A DNA stretch of 64,000 nucleotides, taken from assembly GCF_902652985.1 (NCBI RefSeq), contig NC_047016.1, positions 23,746,001 through 23,810,000 of the forward strand, given 5' to 3'. This stretch comes from Pecten maximus. Lineage: Eukaryota. A model generated the notes under the pieces. That model saw only the letters and a program-made list of their open reading frames with translations, was not told the DNA's origin and ran no database searches. Within the stretch, counting starts at the first letter, position 1. Each line of letters starts with the position of its first letter. Made by a program: the position numbers and the translations under genes. Of this stretch, positions 1 through 13,245 are shown piece by piece.

Positions 1-54
1 AATCGGATATATATACACTATACATGAATACTTCAAGTTAAATGAAACATTTAC

Positions 55-116
55 CTCCGTTCTTGGGTTGTTGGCATGTAAATGTTAGTAATCTGTGTTG
101 GCTACTTTGCTGAAAC
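55..116 (-). other. Candidate internal exon of the same minus-strand gene
   Basis: Acceptor tatacAG (or tttcAG 6 nt downstream) and donor GAG|GTAAAT; open in phase 0 (FQQSSQHRLLTFTCQQPKNG) and contains an ATG in another frame (MPTTQER). Confidence 0.3.
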
Positions 117-484
117 TGTATATACCAGAGAACAGGCCAATATTGTCACTGGCACGCCGACAAATGTATGTGTAGCCAAACACACAAAAAGTCTCACAAA
201 AATAATTAAAACAAAAACAAAAACAAAAACAAATAAAGAAATAAACAAAACTTTCTTGCAACATCTCAGAAAAAAAAACTTGAAATCTTAAAAGACATAA
301 AAACTAGCCAAATCTCGAAACATTACGCATCCAATGACTACATTCGTAAACATCAGTGTTCCATTGTAGATCACTTCACTCCTTTCCTCTTCCAGCCTCC
401 ACCACCTCGTCTTACATGCCTTTCTCACTCTCTTCTCACACATCCGCTAAAAACTCCAATCCATCTCATCTTATTCGTACAGTG

Positions 485-1430
485 TACCTCGATTTCCCCC
501 TCTCTCTCCTCACACATCCTTTCAACCCCAATCCACCACCTCGTCTAACATATACCTCGATTTTCCCTTTTTCTCTCCTCACACATCCTCTCCCAGACCC
601 CATCCACCTCCTCGCCTTACATGTACCTCGACTTTCCCTCTCTCTCTCTCCTCACACATCCTCTCCCAGACCCCATCCACCTCCTCGCCTTACATGTACC
701 TCGACTTTCCCTCTCTCTCTCTCTCCTCACACATCCTCTCCCAGACCCCATCCACCTCCTCGCCTTACATGTACCTCGACTTTCCCTCTCTCTCTCTCTC
801 TCTCCTCACACATCCTTTCAACCCCAATCCACCACCTCGTCTAACATATACCTCGATTTTCCCTTTTTCTCTCCTCACACATCCTCTCCCAGACCCCATC
901 CACCTCCTCGCCTTACATGTACCTCGACTTTCCCTCTCTCTCTCTCCTCACACATCCTCTCCCAGACCCCATCCACCTCCTCGCCTTACATGTACCTCGA
1001 CTTTCCCTCTCTCTCTCTCCTCACACATCCTCTCCCAGACCCCATCCACCTCCTCGCCTTACATGTACCTCGACTTTCCCTCTCTCTCTCTCCTCACACA
1101 TCCTCTCCCAGACCCCATCCACCTCCTCGCCTTACATGTACCTCGACTTTCCCTCTCTCTCTCTCTCCTCACACATCCTCTCCCAGACCCCATCCACCTC
1201 CTCGCCTTACATGTACCTCGACTTTCCCCTCTCTCTCTCTCTCCTCACACATCCTCTCCCAGACCCCATCCACCTCCTCGCCTTACATGTACCTCGACTT
1301 TCCCTCTCTCTCTCTCTCCTCACACATCCTCTCCCAGACCCCATCCACCTTCTCGCCTTACATGTACCTCGACTTTCCCTCTCTCTCTCTCTCCTCACAC
1401 ATCCTCTCCCAGACCCCATCCACCTCCTGT
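485..1430. repeat. Pyrimidine-rich minisatellite, ~73-79 bp unit with internal (CT)n, ~13 copies
   Basis: Unit cacatcctctcccagaccccatccacctcctcgccttacatgtacctcgactttccc(tc)n. Confidence 0.97.
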
Positions 1431-2199
1431 CTTCTCGAACTCCCAGCGGCTTCGTTCACGTACGATTTCTAACGAGATCAGTAATCGTGGCCCTGGGATA
1501 TAAAAGATGTCACCCTTACCCAACCTGAGAGCCGGAGTGTGGGTGGAAACGTTCTCCAAGCAGTGAATTATTTCCTATACCCGTCAAAATGTAACGATGA
1601 TATAGGATAAAAATAGACCAACGGTATAGTTCCAATATAAAAATTCATACATTATGTGTACCCAGGACCACCGGAAATCACTGACCAGACCGAGGCAAAA
1701 AAACAAAGTACTTCCGGTAGCAATTTCTCAAAGAACCCATAGGATTTAGAGCACATTTTGACTAAACAACCCACCACATTGGATTAAAAAACATGGTTTA
1801 CATTTCTTAGAAAGGTGTTGCAAAGACATACTTATCATTACAACTTATAAAACATGTAATTATGACAGATATAGAGATAGTCGGATCAGATGACCAACTG
1901 TAGCGATGTCCAATGGTAAATAACACAGGGACACGGTATTTCGGTATCATCTCATGGATTAAGAACCAACTCTGGTAGTACGTGTATACACACTTGGACA
2001 CATATAGACTAACCAATTCTCATGTTCCTGTGAGAACTAACACCGCTTCCATCTCCGTCTACCAAACAGACGAGTGGAGCAGACACGAGACTCTGATATA
2101 CGTAATATCACCCCAGATCACAGGCCTGGTATCAATTACCATTACCAGTATGTATAGCAGAATTATAAAGGAAGACCCATCTTTTCATTCAGCTTTGGT

Positions 2200-3520
2200 G
2201 ACTTCATCATAGTACCGGATATTGACGTTACCGCGTACAAAGCAGTACCACGCGACTTCATCACAGTACCGGATGTTTACGTTACCACGTACACAGCAGT
2301 ACCACACGACTTCATCACAGTACCGGATATTGACGTTACCACGTACACAACAGTATCACACGCCTTCATCATAGTACCGGATATTGACGTTACCACGTAC
2401 ACAACAGTATCACACGCCTTCATCAAAGTACCGGATATTGACGTTACCACGTACACAACAGTATCACACGCCTTCATCACAGTACCGGATATTGACGTTA
2501 CCACGTACACAACAGTATCACACGCCTTCATCAAAGTACCGGATATTGACGTTACCACGTACACAGCAGTATCACACGACTTAATCATAGTACCGGATAT
2601 TTACGTTACCACGTACACAGCAGTACCACACGACTTCATCATAGTACCGGATATTGACGTTACCACGTACACAACAGTATCACACGCCTTCATCATAGTG
2701 CCGGATATTGACGTTACCACGTACACAACAGTATCACACGACTTAATCATAGTACCGGATATTTACGTTACCACGTACACAACAGTATCACACGCCTTCA
2801 TCACAGTACCGGATATTGACGTTACCACGTACACAGCAGTACCACACGCCTTCATCATAGTACCGGATATTGACGTTACCACGTACACAACAGTATCACA
2901 CAACTTAATCATAGTACCAGATATTTACGTTACCACGTACACAGCAGTACCACACGCCTTCATCATAGTACCGGATATTGACGTTACCACGTACACAACA
3001 GTACCACACGACTTCATCATAGTACCGGATATTTACGTTACCACGTTCACAGCAGTACCACACGACTTCGTCATAGTACCGGATATTGACGTTACCACGT
3101 ACACAGCAGTACCACACGACTTCATCATAGTACCGGATATTGACGTTACCACGTACACAACAGTACCACACGACTTCATCATAGTACCGGATATTTACGT
3201 TACCACGTTCACAGCAGTACCACACGACTTCGTCATAGTACCGGATATTTACGTTACCACGTACACAGCAGTACCACACGACTTAATCATAGTACTGGAT
3301 ATTTACGTTACCGTGTGCATTGCAGTACATGTACTACATGACTACATCATACTAGTAATACATGTACCAGATATATGTACATTATATACCTGACTACATC
3401 ATAATACATGTACCAGATATATGTACATTATATACCTGACTACAGCATAGTACCACGTGACTACATCATTATACATGTACCAGATCCATATACATTATAT
3501 ACCTGACTACATCATAGTAC
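2200..3520. repeat. 54-bp minisatellite (~20 copies) with degenerate tail
   Basis: Unit tagtaccggatattgacgttaccacgtacacaacagtatcacacgccttcatca. Confidence 0.97.
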
Positions 3521-3924
3521 ACGATACACAGTGTCAGACATTGATACGTCACCCCGTCTGTACGTGCAGTGTACTTACACATTGTTACCGTCTGGGGACT
3601 GTGTATGTGTAGTAGTGAGATAAAGAGATTATGTAACTGTTACATGGCGTTGATTTCTCCAGATCACAGGAGGGAAGTTTTACGTCAAGGTCGTCTAGAT
3701 CCCAGTGCTGTACTATAAAAATAATCATAACGGTAACGTCATACTGCCGTGTATAAGAATTTGTTCCAAGTCCAGCGAGCGATAAGTCAGAGTTCTAAGT
3801 TTCATTCCCTAAAATGTATCCCGAGTACAATTTTTTAAACTACACACACATGTAATTACGATACTTTAACTCATCAACGACCGAAACCCCTTAAATAAAA
3901 CATTTATTTGTACATTACTTAATA

Positions 3925-5170
3925 AACTGTAAAACGCTGTACGGTACATAACTGTATACACCGTTAAACGCTGTACGGTACATAACTGTACACTGTAACA
4001 CACTGTACGGTACATCACTCTGTACAATGTAACACACTGTACGGTACATAACTCTGTACACTGTAACACACTGTACGGTATATAACTCTGTACACTGTAA
4101 CACACTGTATGGTACATAACTATGTACACTGTAACACACTGTACGGTACATAACTATGTACACTGTAACACACTAAACGGTACGTAACTCTGTACACTGT
4201 AACACACTGTACGGTACATTACTCTGTACACTGTAACACACTGTACGGTACATAACTCTGTACACTGTAACACACTGTACGGTACATAACTCTGTACACT
4301 GTAACACACTGTACGGTACATAACTCTGTACATCGTAACACACTGTACGGTGCATAACTCTGTACACTATAACACACTGTACGGTACATAACTTTGTACA
4401 CTGTAACATACTGTACGGTACATAAATCTGTACACTAACCACACTGTACGGTACATAACTATGTACACTGTAACACACTGTACGGTACATAACTCTGTAC
4501 ACTGCAACACACTGTACGGTACATAACTGTACACCGTAACACACTGTACGTTACATAACTTTGTACATCGTAACACACTGTACGGTACATAACTCTGTAC
4601 ACTATAACACACTGTACGGTACATAACTCTGTATACTATAACACACCGTACGTTACATATCTCTGTACACTGTAACACACTGTACGGTACATAAATCTGT
4701 ACACTATACCACACTGTACGGTACATATCTCTGTACACTGTAACACACTGTACGGTACATAACTCTGTACACTGTAACACACTGTACGGTACATAACTCT
4801 GTATACGGTAACACACTGTACGGTACATAACTCTGTACACTATAACACACTGTACGGTACATAACTCTGTACACTATAACACACCGTACGTTACATATCT
4901 CTGTACACTGTAACACACTGTACGGTACATAACTCTGTATACTGTAACATACTGTACGGTACATAAATCTGTACACTATAACACACTGTACGGTACATAT
5001 CTCTGTACACTGCAACACACTGTACGGTACATAACACTGTACACTATAACACACTGTACGGTACATATCTCTGTACACTGTAACACGCTGTACGGTACAT
5101 AACTCTGTACACTGTAACACACTGTACGGTACATAACTCTGTATACTGTAACACACTGTACGGTACATTA
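3925..5170. repeat. 34-bp minisatellite (~36 copies)
   Basis: Unit tacataactctgtacactgtaacacactgtacgg. Confidence 0.97.
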
Positions 5171-5424
5171 TTTAGTACACTGTAGCTTTATGATACCGAC
5201 TAGGCAATGCCAATAACCAATATCAATATGATACATTCTTCTGCATCATCAGTAATTTTCATTGAGAACAACGTGTGTCACGTGACAGCTGTAATTGTAA
5301 CGTGCAATGCAGGTTTATCACATTTTTGCTGTTACCAAGCCAACCTTTGTATTTTTTTGCCGATGTATTGTGTGAACAGTGCTGTAATGGGTTTCTCTGT
5401 GTTGTAAGGCTACTTAGCAAGAAT

Positions 5425-6400
5425 TTATAGTTGGAGAGGGACAGCCAGATTGAACATCAGGGGGTAGCAAAATTGTATTGCAGGCAGCCAAAGTGCCAGA
5501 TTGTACAGTTGGAAGGGGGGCAACCAGTAGGAGGGGCTGCTTATGATATAGTGGAGGGGCCGCTATATTGTCTAGTGGGAGGGAACCACCCGATCGTAAG
5601 GGAGGGGGCAGCCAGATTATAAAGTGGGAAGAAGGCAGTCAGATAGTCAGGGAACAGGGAGAGGCCAGCCAGATTATAAAAAGGGAAGGAGACGGTCAGA
5701 TCGTCAGGGAGCAGGATGGGCAAGCAAGATTATACAGTGGGAATGAGGCAGTCAGATCGTCAGGGAGCAAGGAGTAGTCAGCTAGATTATGAAAAGGGAA
5801 TGAGGCAGTCAGATCGTCAGGGAGCAGGATGGGCAAGCAAGATTATACAGTGGGAAGGAGGCAGTCAGATCGTGAGGGAGCAGCCACTACATGTATATAA
5901 TGGAAAGAAGTAGCATTCTCAGATTGTATTAATTAATTCTCAGATTATATACTGGGAGAGGGCAGCCAGATTAATTCTCAGATTATATACTGGGAGAGGG
6001 CAGCCAGATTAATTCTCAGATTATTTAATGGGAAGGAAGCAGTTAGATTGAATAGTGGGAGGGTCGCCCGATTGTATAGCTGGATAGGCCGGCAAATTGT
6101 ATAGTGGTAGGGGCCGCCAGCTCTTCAAGGAGGGGACAACAAGACTATATGTTGGGAAGGGTCGTCCGATTGTATAGTGGGAGGGACCAAAGTGTATAGT
6201 GGGAGGTGCCGCCAGTTTGTAAAGCGGGAGGTGCCGCCAGATTATATAGTTTGAGAGGTCGTAAGATTATATAGTGGGAGCTGGCCACTTGAGAGCATAG
6301 TAGGGGGGGGGGGGGGGGGGGGCGGCATCTGATTGTATAATGGGAGATGTCGCAAGATAGTACAGTGGTATAGTGGGAGGGGCCACAAGATAAGAGAGAG
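5425..6400. repeat. Old degenerate purine-rich ~24-bp tandem repeat with a poly-G run
   Basis: Recurring cagccagatt(a/g)tatagtgggagggg motif; G20 near 6303-6322. Confidence 0.75.
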
Positions 6401-6729
6401 TGTGGCATTAAGTATCAGCCCAAAACTTGCGGTTAGGCCTGAGGAAGACTTGGATTCAGAAAGGAGTTGAATGTTGGTTAAATATTGAGTTTTAAATTGA
6501 TTTGTGTGGAAAGGTACTTGCCAAGGTGTAAAGTTACGATTATGGACCCGTGTTTCGGCTTAGGAATGTATATTGGTATTTGTTTTGACAACTTTATCCT
6601 TTAGATTAGAGATCGTCGGTGTCCCGTTAATGTTTCTGCTTGAAGCAAAGTATTCAACAGTAATATGTTCCGATATAAATACTGCATCAGTTTCTAAATG
6701 GTATCCCATCCGATGTTTGTCTGTCTTAC

Positions 6730-7011
6730 CCAGGGTTGTGCTTGATAGAGTCGGAACATATATATAACACCGGACGTCACATAGAAAGTTATCAAACATT
6801 TACTCATGGCAATCCAAAGAGAGCAACCCCAACTCCAGATTATTGACGGGAAGAACTTGGATATGTTTGCCTCTAATCCAAAGGTTCCGTCGGACCCGTG
6901 ATGGAATAATACCGACAATCCCAATAGCACATAGTAAAATTCCCAGTACTCCGAACGACTCATACACGCACTATCGTTATATCGGCGATACACCATTTTG
7001 AGAAGATCCAT
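6730..7011 (-). CDS. Candidate first coding exon (94 aa, two hydrophobic stretches) of a large minus-strand gene leaving the window
   Basis: Non-repetitive ATG-initiated ORF ending at a good donor TGG|GTAAGA (phase 0); no family recognised. Confidence 0.25.
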
Positions 7012-8390
7012 CTTAAGCTTGTAAAGTGAGGTACAAATGCCCTGACAAATTATCCCAGTTCAAGCTTCTAAAAAACGCTGATGCATATCCTTGAGAACGG
7101 ATTGCCTCGAGTTTAGATTACCGTGATACGGACTAGTTTGTCTAGAGTCAGCAGTCGGAACACAAACTGATGCTAGTATGTAAACGTTCCGTTATTGTTT
7201 TAAAGTACATTATTAAGTGACTGCCTCTATAATATATACCTTACCTAAAAAGGATATCTATCTTCCTTGTCGAAAGGAAATAGACACAAACACCGGATAC
7301 GCAAATTGTTCTTATACCAATACGTTCTTACCTCGGCCGACGTTTGAGACTGTAGGGTTAAGTTACATAATAACGCGAGATTTCGACATAATTCGAGATA
7401 TGTATAGCCTCTGCTGTCTTATCTTTAATTATCATTATCATTCAACTTCGCCAACGGACAACACCACTTCAGTAGAGATACATGTAATGTTGGATTTAGC
7501 CTCAGCGTTCTTTGTCTATGAGATCGCTATAATGACCAGTGGTCAGTTCTAATTACAAGCAGATTTATGCGTAATATATGGATGACAATGGGTAGACAAC
7601 TATGCCATAATTATTTACAGTCGATGGTTAAAATAGAAACAAGATTATTGTTAAAAAAATCGGTAAAATGTTTGCTTTTTTGTTTATATGGAACCAAATC
7701 GCACGGAATTTTGGGACCGGAAGTGTCGTCCTTGATTTGCCAGGACAAGTTAAAATTACGATGATCATTTCCATCTCTATCTTACCATGTAAAAGAAATG
7801 ATACAACATGTAGGCGTGGAGACAGAATGTAAATGTAACATCCCATTACATGGTCGAACAGGCGACAAATTGTGACACCTCCCCCCTGGTCTGTCCGGCC
7901 GACATTGGTGAACACTTTGTCCGTCAAAGTAAACTTACAGTAAGTCAATTAAATCGATATTTGAAAGTGAAGGACCAGCACTTGTACGTGTAACCCTACC
8001 ACGTGGTCCTGACATCAGTCTTAGACAACTTGAGTATAGGGTCTGGGCTAGAGGAAACTTGGGCTTCTGAATAAATATAACATGCGTGTGATGTCCGTTC
8101 TCAAGAATAGATAAGCCGTTACATGTACTTCAGTTCTGTTTAATGGTGTTGAAATTATTGGCAATAGAACAAATGATGGCTGTGTTACTTTATATAGTAA
8201 TGTAGTGAAATAGGAATAAACAGGATATCGACTGTAGTTGGGCAGACATCTGGTCCAATGTACTAGTAACATCAGAACATGTCAAAACATTTGACATCAG
8301 TCAAAGTTTACACTAACACTAACGTTGTCAGGTTATTCAGTAATGTTTTCTGTTAGACGCTGGTTGGTGCTGACATTAAACGGTATGCTA

Positions 8391-8792
8391 TTTATCACAT
8401 AATTGGTCTGAATCCACTAAAATCGCTCGTGTAATATTTTTTCGTATACGTCACAAGTTTAATATACCTTGGACCGATTTTCATTAGCTGTGCCAGTCTG
8501 AAATTGATTGTGACGTCATGATAAGACCAAAATGACGATACGTCATGAATTGAACATAGCTGTGTTCGTTTGATTTTGCTCTCAACATTTTGATTTTCAG
8601 ACCAATCAAAATGCCACCATTCTGAAATGTGTGATAAAAAGTATCTTAGAATTTGTTTTCATTTCATATGAGATTTTATGAAACTTATTTCGAAGTTTGA
8701 ATTTTTGCTTGCCGAGGCTTGCAAAAATAAAAACTTTAAGGTTCGTTTAGTAAAATCCCATATGAAATGAAAACTCGTTGAAGGACCTATAT
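8391..8792. mobile_element. Bipartite palindromic non-autonomous element (Crypton-like), diverged
   Basis: tttatcaca...tgtgataaa inverted repeat (8391-8638) abutting a ~120-bp hairpin (8655-8774) centred on gccgaggc; family assignment is inference. Confidence 0.6.
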
Positions 8793-9386
8793 ACATGAGT
8801 GAGTTCGTGTGAATCAATGTACCAATGACGATGCATCACAAAACACCTGACAACTGGCACTATCTATACTCAGTGACACCAACTACGTCTACTGGGAAAA
8901 CATCACTAAGGGAACGCGATATAAATAGCTGATACATTGTGGGCAATTTAATGAGTATCGTATATCCCTGAGAATTCCATTTCCATCTCGTTTTTATGCC
9001 TTTCAATGATATCCGTATGTGCAGTCAATCAGTCATTATACATTGAAACCGTTAGAAAACGGGACATACCGGCAGTATACTCCCGAGTTCTACCTTATCT
9101 ACTACACATCTCTCTCCCTAATACCTATACTCTTCCTGGAACAAGGATCACTGAATCGTGAGGAAATATTGTTTAGATTTTTGTTCACCTGGTGCGATGG
9201 ACCGGTGAGCTAACTGTACCACGGCGCTGCGTCCGTCGTCTGTCCTTCCGTCCGTCTGTTAAATTCATTGTTACAGACGACTCAGTGGTGTTTTATTAAG
9301 TTTATCTGAAGCAGCATCGTTCAAGAGCACGTCTCGCGCCCACGGGCATGGGACGGGACCAAATATGGGAAATATAGCAAATTATT

Positions 9387-10151
9387 AACAAGGGGCCAAT
9401 TGACCTTAACGGACATTTGAGTTCTGAATACATACTGATTGCTGATGTTTTTTGTTTTTTGTTTGTTTTTGGTTAAGAATTTAACAATTCGACCATTGCG
9501 ATCTTGAATGCAGGTTTAGAACATTCAACTTAACAAATTTTTCAGTCTGTTATCAAAGCATGACATTGTCCTAGTATTATGAACCTTGGCTTCTTGCCTT
9601 TTGAGAAGTCGTTGAAAAGAGTTTAATATATTTGACCTCTGTGGCCTTGAGGGTACATCATGGTCATTGATTTGAACAAAGTTCGTAGTTCGTCACCCCA
9701 GGATGCTACTGGCCGAACATCTTGATATTTGGCCTCTGGGTTATTGAGAAGAAGTCGTTAATTTTTTTTAAAACCTTTGACATCGTGACCTTGAAAGTAG
9801 CTCAATGTCACTCATTTGAACAGAAGTGGTAGCCCTTCTTCCCAGCATGATACTGGTTCAATAACATCGCTCTGTTTCTCTTGGTTACTGAGAAGAAGTC
9901 GTTTAAAGATTTAAAGACATTTAACCTCAATGACAATGAAAAAACTTGACCAAAGTCATTCATTTGAACAAACTTGATAGTCCTTCATCAAAGTATGCCA
10001 CTGGCCAAATATCCTGACCCTGAGCCTCTAGATTATTGAGAAATCGAGTATGTTATAGTTTACGACGCACTACGGACGACACCGAGCAAAAGGCGATCGC
10101 AATAGGTCACTCGAGGCTTCGTCTCGCGATACTTCGTTTCAGGTGATCTTA
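9387..10151 (-). mobile_element. HINE element in opposite orientation with ~145-bp internal tandem repeats
   Basis: aacaaggggcc terminus, repeats marked by gagaagaagtcgtt and atttgaaca, gacg microsatellite and ggtcac...gtgatct terminal palindrome. Confidence 0.75.
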
Positions 10152-10497
10152 ACATCCTTCTCCTCCTGTAGCAATGAAGGAATTGGTCCATTATAGACAT
10201 GAAGCATCCTTGGATGAAAATGAAAGGAATCAATTTTGTACAAACGTATGAACATTGGATCTGGCCACCTCCCCTTGGACCTGAGGATAGTGGAAACATA
10301 CTGCTGGTTATGATATAGGTAAAGGTAGATGTTGATAAGACGTGTTAAACAATACGACACAAAATCATTTCTGTAGGTAGGAAAGGATTTGGTCCATGCT
10401 TGACCTAAACATCCTTTGGTGGATGAGAACACATTTTATATAAACGGGGCATCCAAGAAGGGTCGGAAATGGGGTATAAGAGATAAATCAGTTTGAG

Positions 10498-10688
10498 TAC
10501 TGTACAGTTGTTAAATTTCGCAGGGCAATTTTTTCGCGGTTGTTCAAGTCGGAACTAGTTCACGGGTATTAAAATTTGCGCAACACCGGCTTGTAAACAG
10601 TAATTATAGATATTTGTGGGTATTTATTTTCGCGTTATTTCAACATAGTAAAATCAAATCCCTCGCGAATATTACCAACTTTATGGAT
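10498..10688. mobile_element. ~190-bp MITE with degenerate terminal inverted repeats (Tc1/mariner-type inferred)
   Basis: tactgtacagttgttaaatttcgc ... cgcgaatattaccaactttatgga. Confidence 0.6.
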
Positions 10689-10899
10689 AATTCGGTGAAG
10701 GAACCCAGTACTGTATAAAAGGTCGGGTAACTTCCCCCTGGAGGTCGAGGGGTAAGGCCCAATAGTGGAAAAAAGGAATAACTTTGATATATTTCTTCTT
10801 TATTGATACATTTTGTTTTTTACTGCGAGATAGAGAAGTGAGGCCGAACAGAGGAAGGAAATTGGTTATACATGTAAATATTGACTGTCAACAGTCTGA

Positions 10900-13100
10900 C
10901 TGTGTGGGGAAGTGTCGGATAATGTATACCGCACGTGTGGGGAAGTGTCGGATAAAGTATACCGTACGTGTTGGGAAGTGTCGGATAATGCACACCGCAC
11001 GTGTGGGGAAGTGTCGGATAAAGTATACCGCACGTGTGGGAAAGTGTCGGATAATGTACACCGCACGTGTGGGGAAGTGTCGGATAATGTACACCGTATG
11101 TGTGGGGAAGTGTCGGATAAAGTATACCGCACGTTCGTGTGGGGAAGTGTCGGATAAAGTATACCGCACGTGTTGGGAAGTGTCGGATAATGTACACCTA
11201 ATGTGTGGGGAAGTGTCGGATAAAGTACACCGCACGTGTTGGGAAGTGTCGGATAATGTATACCGCACGTGTTGGGAAGTGTCGGATAATGTACACCGTA
11301 GGTGTGGAGAAGTGTCGGATAAAGTATACCGCATGTTCGTGTGGGGAAGTGTCGGATAAAGTATACCGCACGTTCGTTTGGGGAAGTGTCGGATAAAGTA
11401 TACCGCACGTGTTGGGAAGTGTCGGATAATGTACACCTAATGTGTGGGGAAGTGTCGGATAAAGTATACCGCACGTGTTGGGAAGTGTCGGATAATGTAC
11501 ACCTTATGTGTGGGGAAGTGTCGGATAAAGTATACCGCACGTTCGTGTGGGGAAGTGTCGGATAAAGTATACCGCACGTGTTGGGAAGTGTCGGATAATG
11601 TACACCTTATGTGTGGGGAAGTGTCGGATAAAGTATACCGTACGTGTTGGGAAGTGTCGGATAATGTACACCTTATGTGTGGGGAAGTGTCGGATAAAGT
11701 ATACCGCACGTGTTGGGAAGTGTCGGATAATGTACACCTTATGTGTGGGGAAGTGTCGGATAAAGTATACCGTACGTGTTGGGAAGTGTCGGATAATGTA
11801 CACCTTATGTGTGGGGAAGTGTCGGATAATGTACACCTTATGTGTGGGGAAGTGTCGGATAAAGTATACCGCACGTTCGTGTGGGGAAGTGTCGGATAAA
11901 GTATACCGCACGTGTTGGGAAGTGTCGGATAATGTACACCTTATGTGTGGGGAAGTGTCGGATAAAGTATACCGTACGTGTTGGGAAGTGTCGGATAATG
12001 TACACCTTATGTGTGGGGAAGTGTCGGATAAAGTATACCGCACGTGTTGGGAAGTGTCGGATAATGTACACCTTATGTGTGGGGAAGTGTCGGATAAAGT
12101 ATACCGTACGTGTTGGGAAGTGTCGGATAATGTACACCTTATGTGTGGGGAAGTGTCGGATAATGTACACCTTATGTGTAGGGAAGTGTCGGATAATGTA
12201 TACCGTATGTGTGGGGAAGTGTCGGATAATGTACACCTTATGTGTGGGGAAGTGTCGGATAAAGTATACCTTATGTGTGGGGAAGTGTCGGATAATGTAC
12301 ACCTTATGTGTGGGGAAGTGTCGGATAATGTACACCTTATGTGTGGGGAAGTGTCGGATAAAGTACACCTTATGTGTGGGGAAGTGTCGGATAAAGTATA
12401 CCTTATGTGTGGGGAAGTGTCGGATAATGTACACCTTATGTGTGGGGAAGTGTCGGATAAAGTACACCTTATGTGTGGGGAAGTGTCGGATAAAGTATAC
12501 CGCACGTGTTGGGAAGTGTCGGATAATGTACACCTTATGTGTGGGGAAGTGTCGGATAAAGTATACCGTACGTGTTGGGAAGTGTCGGATAATGTACACC
12601 TTATGTGTGGGGAAGTGTCGGATAAAGTATACCGCACGTGTTGGGAAGTGTCGGATAATGTACACCTTATGTGTGGGGAAGTGTCGGATAAAGTATACCG
12701 TACGTGTTGGGAAGTGTCGGATAATGTACACCTTATGTGTGGGGAAGTGTCGGATAATGTACACCTTATGTGTAGGGAAGTGTCGGATAATGTATACCGT
12801 ATGTGTGGGGAAGTGTCGGATAATGTACACCTTATGTGTGGGGAAGTGTCGGATAAAGTATACCTTATGTGTGGGGAAGTGTCGGATAATGTACACCTTA
12901 TGTGTGGGGAAGTGTCGGATAATGTACACCTTATGTGTGGGGAAGTGTCGGATAAAGTACACCTTATGTGTGGGGAAGTGTCGGATAAAGTATACCTTAT
13001 GTGTGGGGAAGTGTCGGATAATGTACACCTTATGTGTGGGGAAGTGTCGGATAAAGTACACCTTATGTGTGGGGAAGTGTCGGATAAAGTATACCGTACG
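10900..13100. repeat. 33-bp minisatellite (~66 copies) with a 594-bp higher-order duplication
   Basis: Unit gtggggaagtgtcggataatgtacaccttatgt; explains the 400-550 aa ORFs on both strands. Confidence 0.98.
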
Positions 13101-13125
13101 GGGCTACACGTGCAGGAAGTGTCGG

Positions 13126-13245
13126 GTTCAATGTACCTACGGGGTAGTGTTGAGTTCAATGTACCTACGGGGTAGTGTTGAGTTCAATGTACCTACGGGG
13201 TAGTGTTGAGTTCAATGTACCTACGGGGTAGTGTTGAGTTCAATG
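13126..13245. repeat. 28-bp tandem repeat, ~4 copies
   Basis: Unit ttcaatgtacctacggggtagtgttgag. Confidence 0.95.

Larger units (their letters stand above)
9178..10790 (+). mobile_element. Old Helentron-associated (HINE/pearl-like) element, interrupted by two younger insertions
   Basis: T-run, tcacc...ggtgagc palindrome, cgtc microsatellite, then degenerate core repeats (gaagcatccttgg, aaacatcctttgg) resuming after 10151 and after 10688. Confidence 0.6.

Noticed and set aside
356-5168. Pro/Ser-rich, Thr-rich and Cys/Tyr-rich ORFs
   Set aside because: Translations of the 73-, 54- and 34-bp minisatellites
7217-7552. 111-aa non-repetitive ORF with faint resemblance to retroelement RT (TDNTTS...LDL)
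   Set aside because: No YxDD or other catalytic motif; similarity too weak
10784-13203. Long ORFs of 400-550 aa on both strands
   Set aside because: Read-through of a 33-bp minisatellite that is open in several frames and on both strands; no codon-position bias or gene structure
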